Assembly (NCBI GenBank): GCA_951406725.2
Contig: OX597817.1
Span: forward strand, 88,598,001 to 88,662,000
Reading direction: 5' to 3'
DNA length: 64,000 nt
DNA from: Octopus vulgaris
Lineage: Eukaryota
The position numbers and the translations under genes are program-made. Below are positions 61,220-64,000 of the stretch, piece after piece (the first letter of the stretch is position 1; every line of letters starts with the position of its first letter). The notes beneath the pieces are model-generated. The model searched no databases. It saw only the letters and a list, made by a program, of their open reading frames with translations, and was not told where the DNA came from.

Positions 61220-61565
61220 TGTTAGAGAGTACAAATGTGAGCACTACAGTTTGTGAGGACAAATGTGAGTACAACAGTTAGTGAGTGCAAATATGAATAC
61301 AACAGTTAGTGAGCACAAACATGAGTACAACAATTAGTGAGTACAAGCGTTATTGAGTACAACAGTTAGTGAGTGCAAATGTGAGTACAGCAGTTAGTGA
61401 ATACAAATGTGAGCACAACAGTTAGTGAATGCAAATGTGAGAGCAACATAAAGCAAGCACAAATGTGAGTGCAACATTTAGTGAGTACAAGTTAGTGAGT
61501 ACAAATGTGTGTACAAACAAAACTGAGTATAAGAGTTAGTGAGTACAGATGTTAATGAGTACATC
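61220..61565. repeat. Minisatellite, ~28-bp unit (gtgagtacaacagttagtgagtacaaat)
   Basis: about 10 diverged tandem units. Confidence 0.85.
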
Positions 61566-61879
61566 AGGATGGTAATTGGCAGAGTCAGAAAGGTTGCTGA
61601 TGTTTTTTAAGGAATGCAACATGATGCAGGGTGTAGCCTCCAGTGATCAGCCAGGGTGAAGTGGAGTAATACAGTCCATAGTGTATAACAGTAGGGAGAT
61701 TGTGATGAGAGATAATTCTCTCTCTCTCTAAATGTGAACATCACCTATCAAAGATAACATTCTAAGACGATCTGGTGGTACCTAATAACAGCTGGGGTGT
61801 ACTGAGGTAAAGTAGAATATAGTGTAGGGACAGTGCTCTGAGAGAGCAATCTTTCCTTGGATGTAATACTAGTCTATCA

Positions 61880-62205
61880 CAGGTGCATGGCTCAGTGGTT
61901 AGAGCGTCAGGCTCACAACCATGAGGTAGTGAGTTCGATTCCCAGACTGGGCTGTGTGTTGTGTTCTTGAGCAAGACACTTTATTTCACATTGCCCCAGT
62001 TCACTCAGCTGTAGAAATGTGTTGTGATGTCACTGGTGCCAAACTGTATTGGCCTTTACCTTTCCCTTGAATAACATCAGTAGCATGGAGAGGGAAAGCC
62101 AGTATGCATGGGTGATAGCTGGTCTTCCATAAACAACTTTGCCTGGAGTTGTGCTTTGGTGGGTAGCTTTCTAGGTGCAATCCCATGGTCATTCATGACA
62201 AAAGG
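61880..62205 (+). mobile_element. tRNA-derived SINE family D
   Basis: tggctcagtggttagagc (A box) ... gagttcgattccc (B box), followed by a non-tRNA body. Confidence 0.75.
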
Positions 62206-62974
62206 AGGTATGTATGTATGTATGTATGTATGTATGTATGTATGTATGTATGTATGTATGTATGCATGCATGTGTGTGAGTCTGTGTCTGTCCCCCGATC
62301 TCTGCTTAACAACTGGTGCTGGTGTGTTTACATCCCTGTAACATAGTGGTTTGGCAGAAGAAACTGATAGATTAAGTACCAGGCTTTAAAAATGTCCTGA
62401 AGTTGATTTGTTCAAGTAGACTTCTTCAAGGCGGTGCCCCATCATGGCCACAGTCAAATGACTGAAACAAATACAAGAAAGTATATTCAAAGGGTGTGTA
62501 TTAGTTGGAAAACTTTAGGGAAGTAAAGTGAAAAAGCTATGTAGTGTTAAAAAAGTGAAATGTATGGGAAGTTTAAATAAAAGATTGTTACAATGAATTA
62601 TCTGGATTAAAAAAAATCCTATTTGAAGTAGATGTTTCATGTTAGGGAACATTTCCAAACTGGACTACTTTAATTATTTGTTTAAGGATAGGTGCCATTC
62701 ACTGGTGCAGACATATCTCAAAGAATTTAAGATGTTGAATTGAAGTTGTAGCATTGGCAAAGAAACTTTGGATGGTGAGCAGGATTAATCAAGTCCTCTA
62801 AGACAATATTGAAAAGGTTGTATAATAAATATCCTATATAGGTAAGATTGAAGAAGTTTCAGCATATAGATTATGAATGTACAGAATTAAGGGTATTAGA
62901 AACTAATCCAAACCTTAAAGTTTACCAGGGCTGATGAAATATGAGTCACAGAGGGCTCTTTACTCTTTTACTTC

Positions 62975-63196
62975 TTTTATTTGTTTCAGTCATTTCATTG
63001 CAGCCATGCTGGAGCACCACCTTTAGACGAATAAATCGACCCCAGAGCTTATTCTTTGTAAGCCTAGTACTTATTCTATCTGTCTCTTTTGCCAAACTGC
63101 TAAGTTACGGAGATGTAGACACACCAGCATCGGTTGTCAAGCGATGGTGAGGGGGACAAACAGAGACACACAAACATACACACACACATACATACA

Positions 63197-63232
<36 letters not shown>

Positions 63233-63400
63233 TACAACAGGCTTCTTGCAGTTTCCTTCTACCAAATTCACTCACAAGGCTTTGGTTGGCCCAAGGCTAT
63301 AGTAGAAGACACTTGCCCTAGGTGCCATGCAATGGGACTGAACCTGGAACCATGTGGTTGGTAAGCAAGCTACTTACCACACAGCCACTCCTGCGCCTAC
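62975..63400 (-). mobile_element. SINE family A, near full length
   Basis: reverse complement of the 1130-type head and tail. Confidence 0.75.
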
Positions 63401-64000
63401 ATATTTAAAAGGCATGGTAAAAACCTTTAATCCAAGAGATAATATACAAATGAAGCTCATAGACAGGTAACTTTACTAAGAGGTTTACATCAAAACTTTA
63501 ACTGATGGCAAAGTTGACAACATTGCTTTCATCAAAGTTTTCCCAAGCAAGGCAGTGCCCCAGCATGACCACAGTCAAATGACTGAAACAAGTAAAAAAT
63601 AAAAGATAAGTGATCCTTGGAGAATCTCAGTTGCTGCCAAAGGTGATCAATATACAAATGGCAAAACTCCAGCTAATTTTTAGTCAAACCAAAGAATGCA
63701 CAAAACAAATACTTTTCTGTATTGATGTGAAGTGAAATGCAGTACTGAGACAGGAATGGTCATACAGGTACCTGAAAAGTGATTGGATTTAGAAATCAGA
63801 AAGAATCTATAAAGACTCAGTGGATGGGGCACTTTAGGTAAAAAAGATGAGATTGGTGTGATGTAAGTTGTTTGGAATGGTAATAACTTTGACTTCTGTA
63901 CAGAGTGAAGTTAGTGCTTTGGGTAAACGTATAATGTCTGTCTTTAGAGAAAGAAACATTGTAGTGAATTTACTCAGTGAAAGAAGAGAAATAATTGAAT

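Noticed and set aside
61220-61565. CRISPR-like regular repeats
   Set aside because: No unique spacers, eukaryotic context and no cas genes; it is a minisatellite.
61882-61950. tRNA-like sequence with A and B boxes
   Set aside because: It continues into a SINE body shared with other copies and has no convincing acceptor stem, so it is a SINE head.
62680-62845. Candidate further CFAP54 exon after 60781
   Set aside because: The phase-0 frames from the available AG acceptors hit stop codons.

Overview
AT-rich, repeat-dense eukaryotic DNA; the SINE, RTE-LINE and microsatellite content suggests an octopus or other coleoid cephalopod (inference). The window lies inside one large + strand gene. I traced 20 internal coding exons (700..60781, 3096 nt, about 1032 aa) with GT-AG boundaries and mutually consistent reading phases. 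The spliced peptide resembles the central/C-terminal part of CFAP54; start and stop lie outside the window. The introns hold five decayed copies of an RTE LINE family, an RT-less Gypsy element, a Tigger/pogo transposon, mariner/Tc1 remnants, piggyBac-like MITEs, Helitron/Helentron-like pieces, Penelope-like fragments and many tRNA-derived SINEs. The most notable observations are: (1) several intronic fold-back palindromes whose arms carry minimal type-I hammerhead ribozyme motifs, best at 22054..22100 on the gene's sense strand; (2) a C4HC3 PHD-finger-like module inside the RT region of the RTE family; (3) a near-perfect 200-bp-arm hairpin; (4) a locally templated inverted insertion. All family assignments come from recalled motifs, not database searches.
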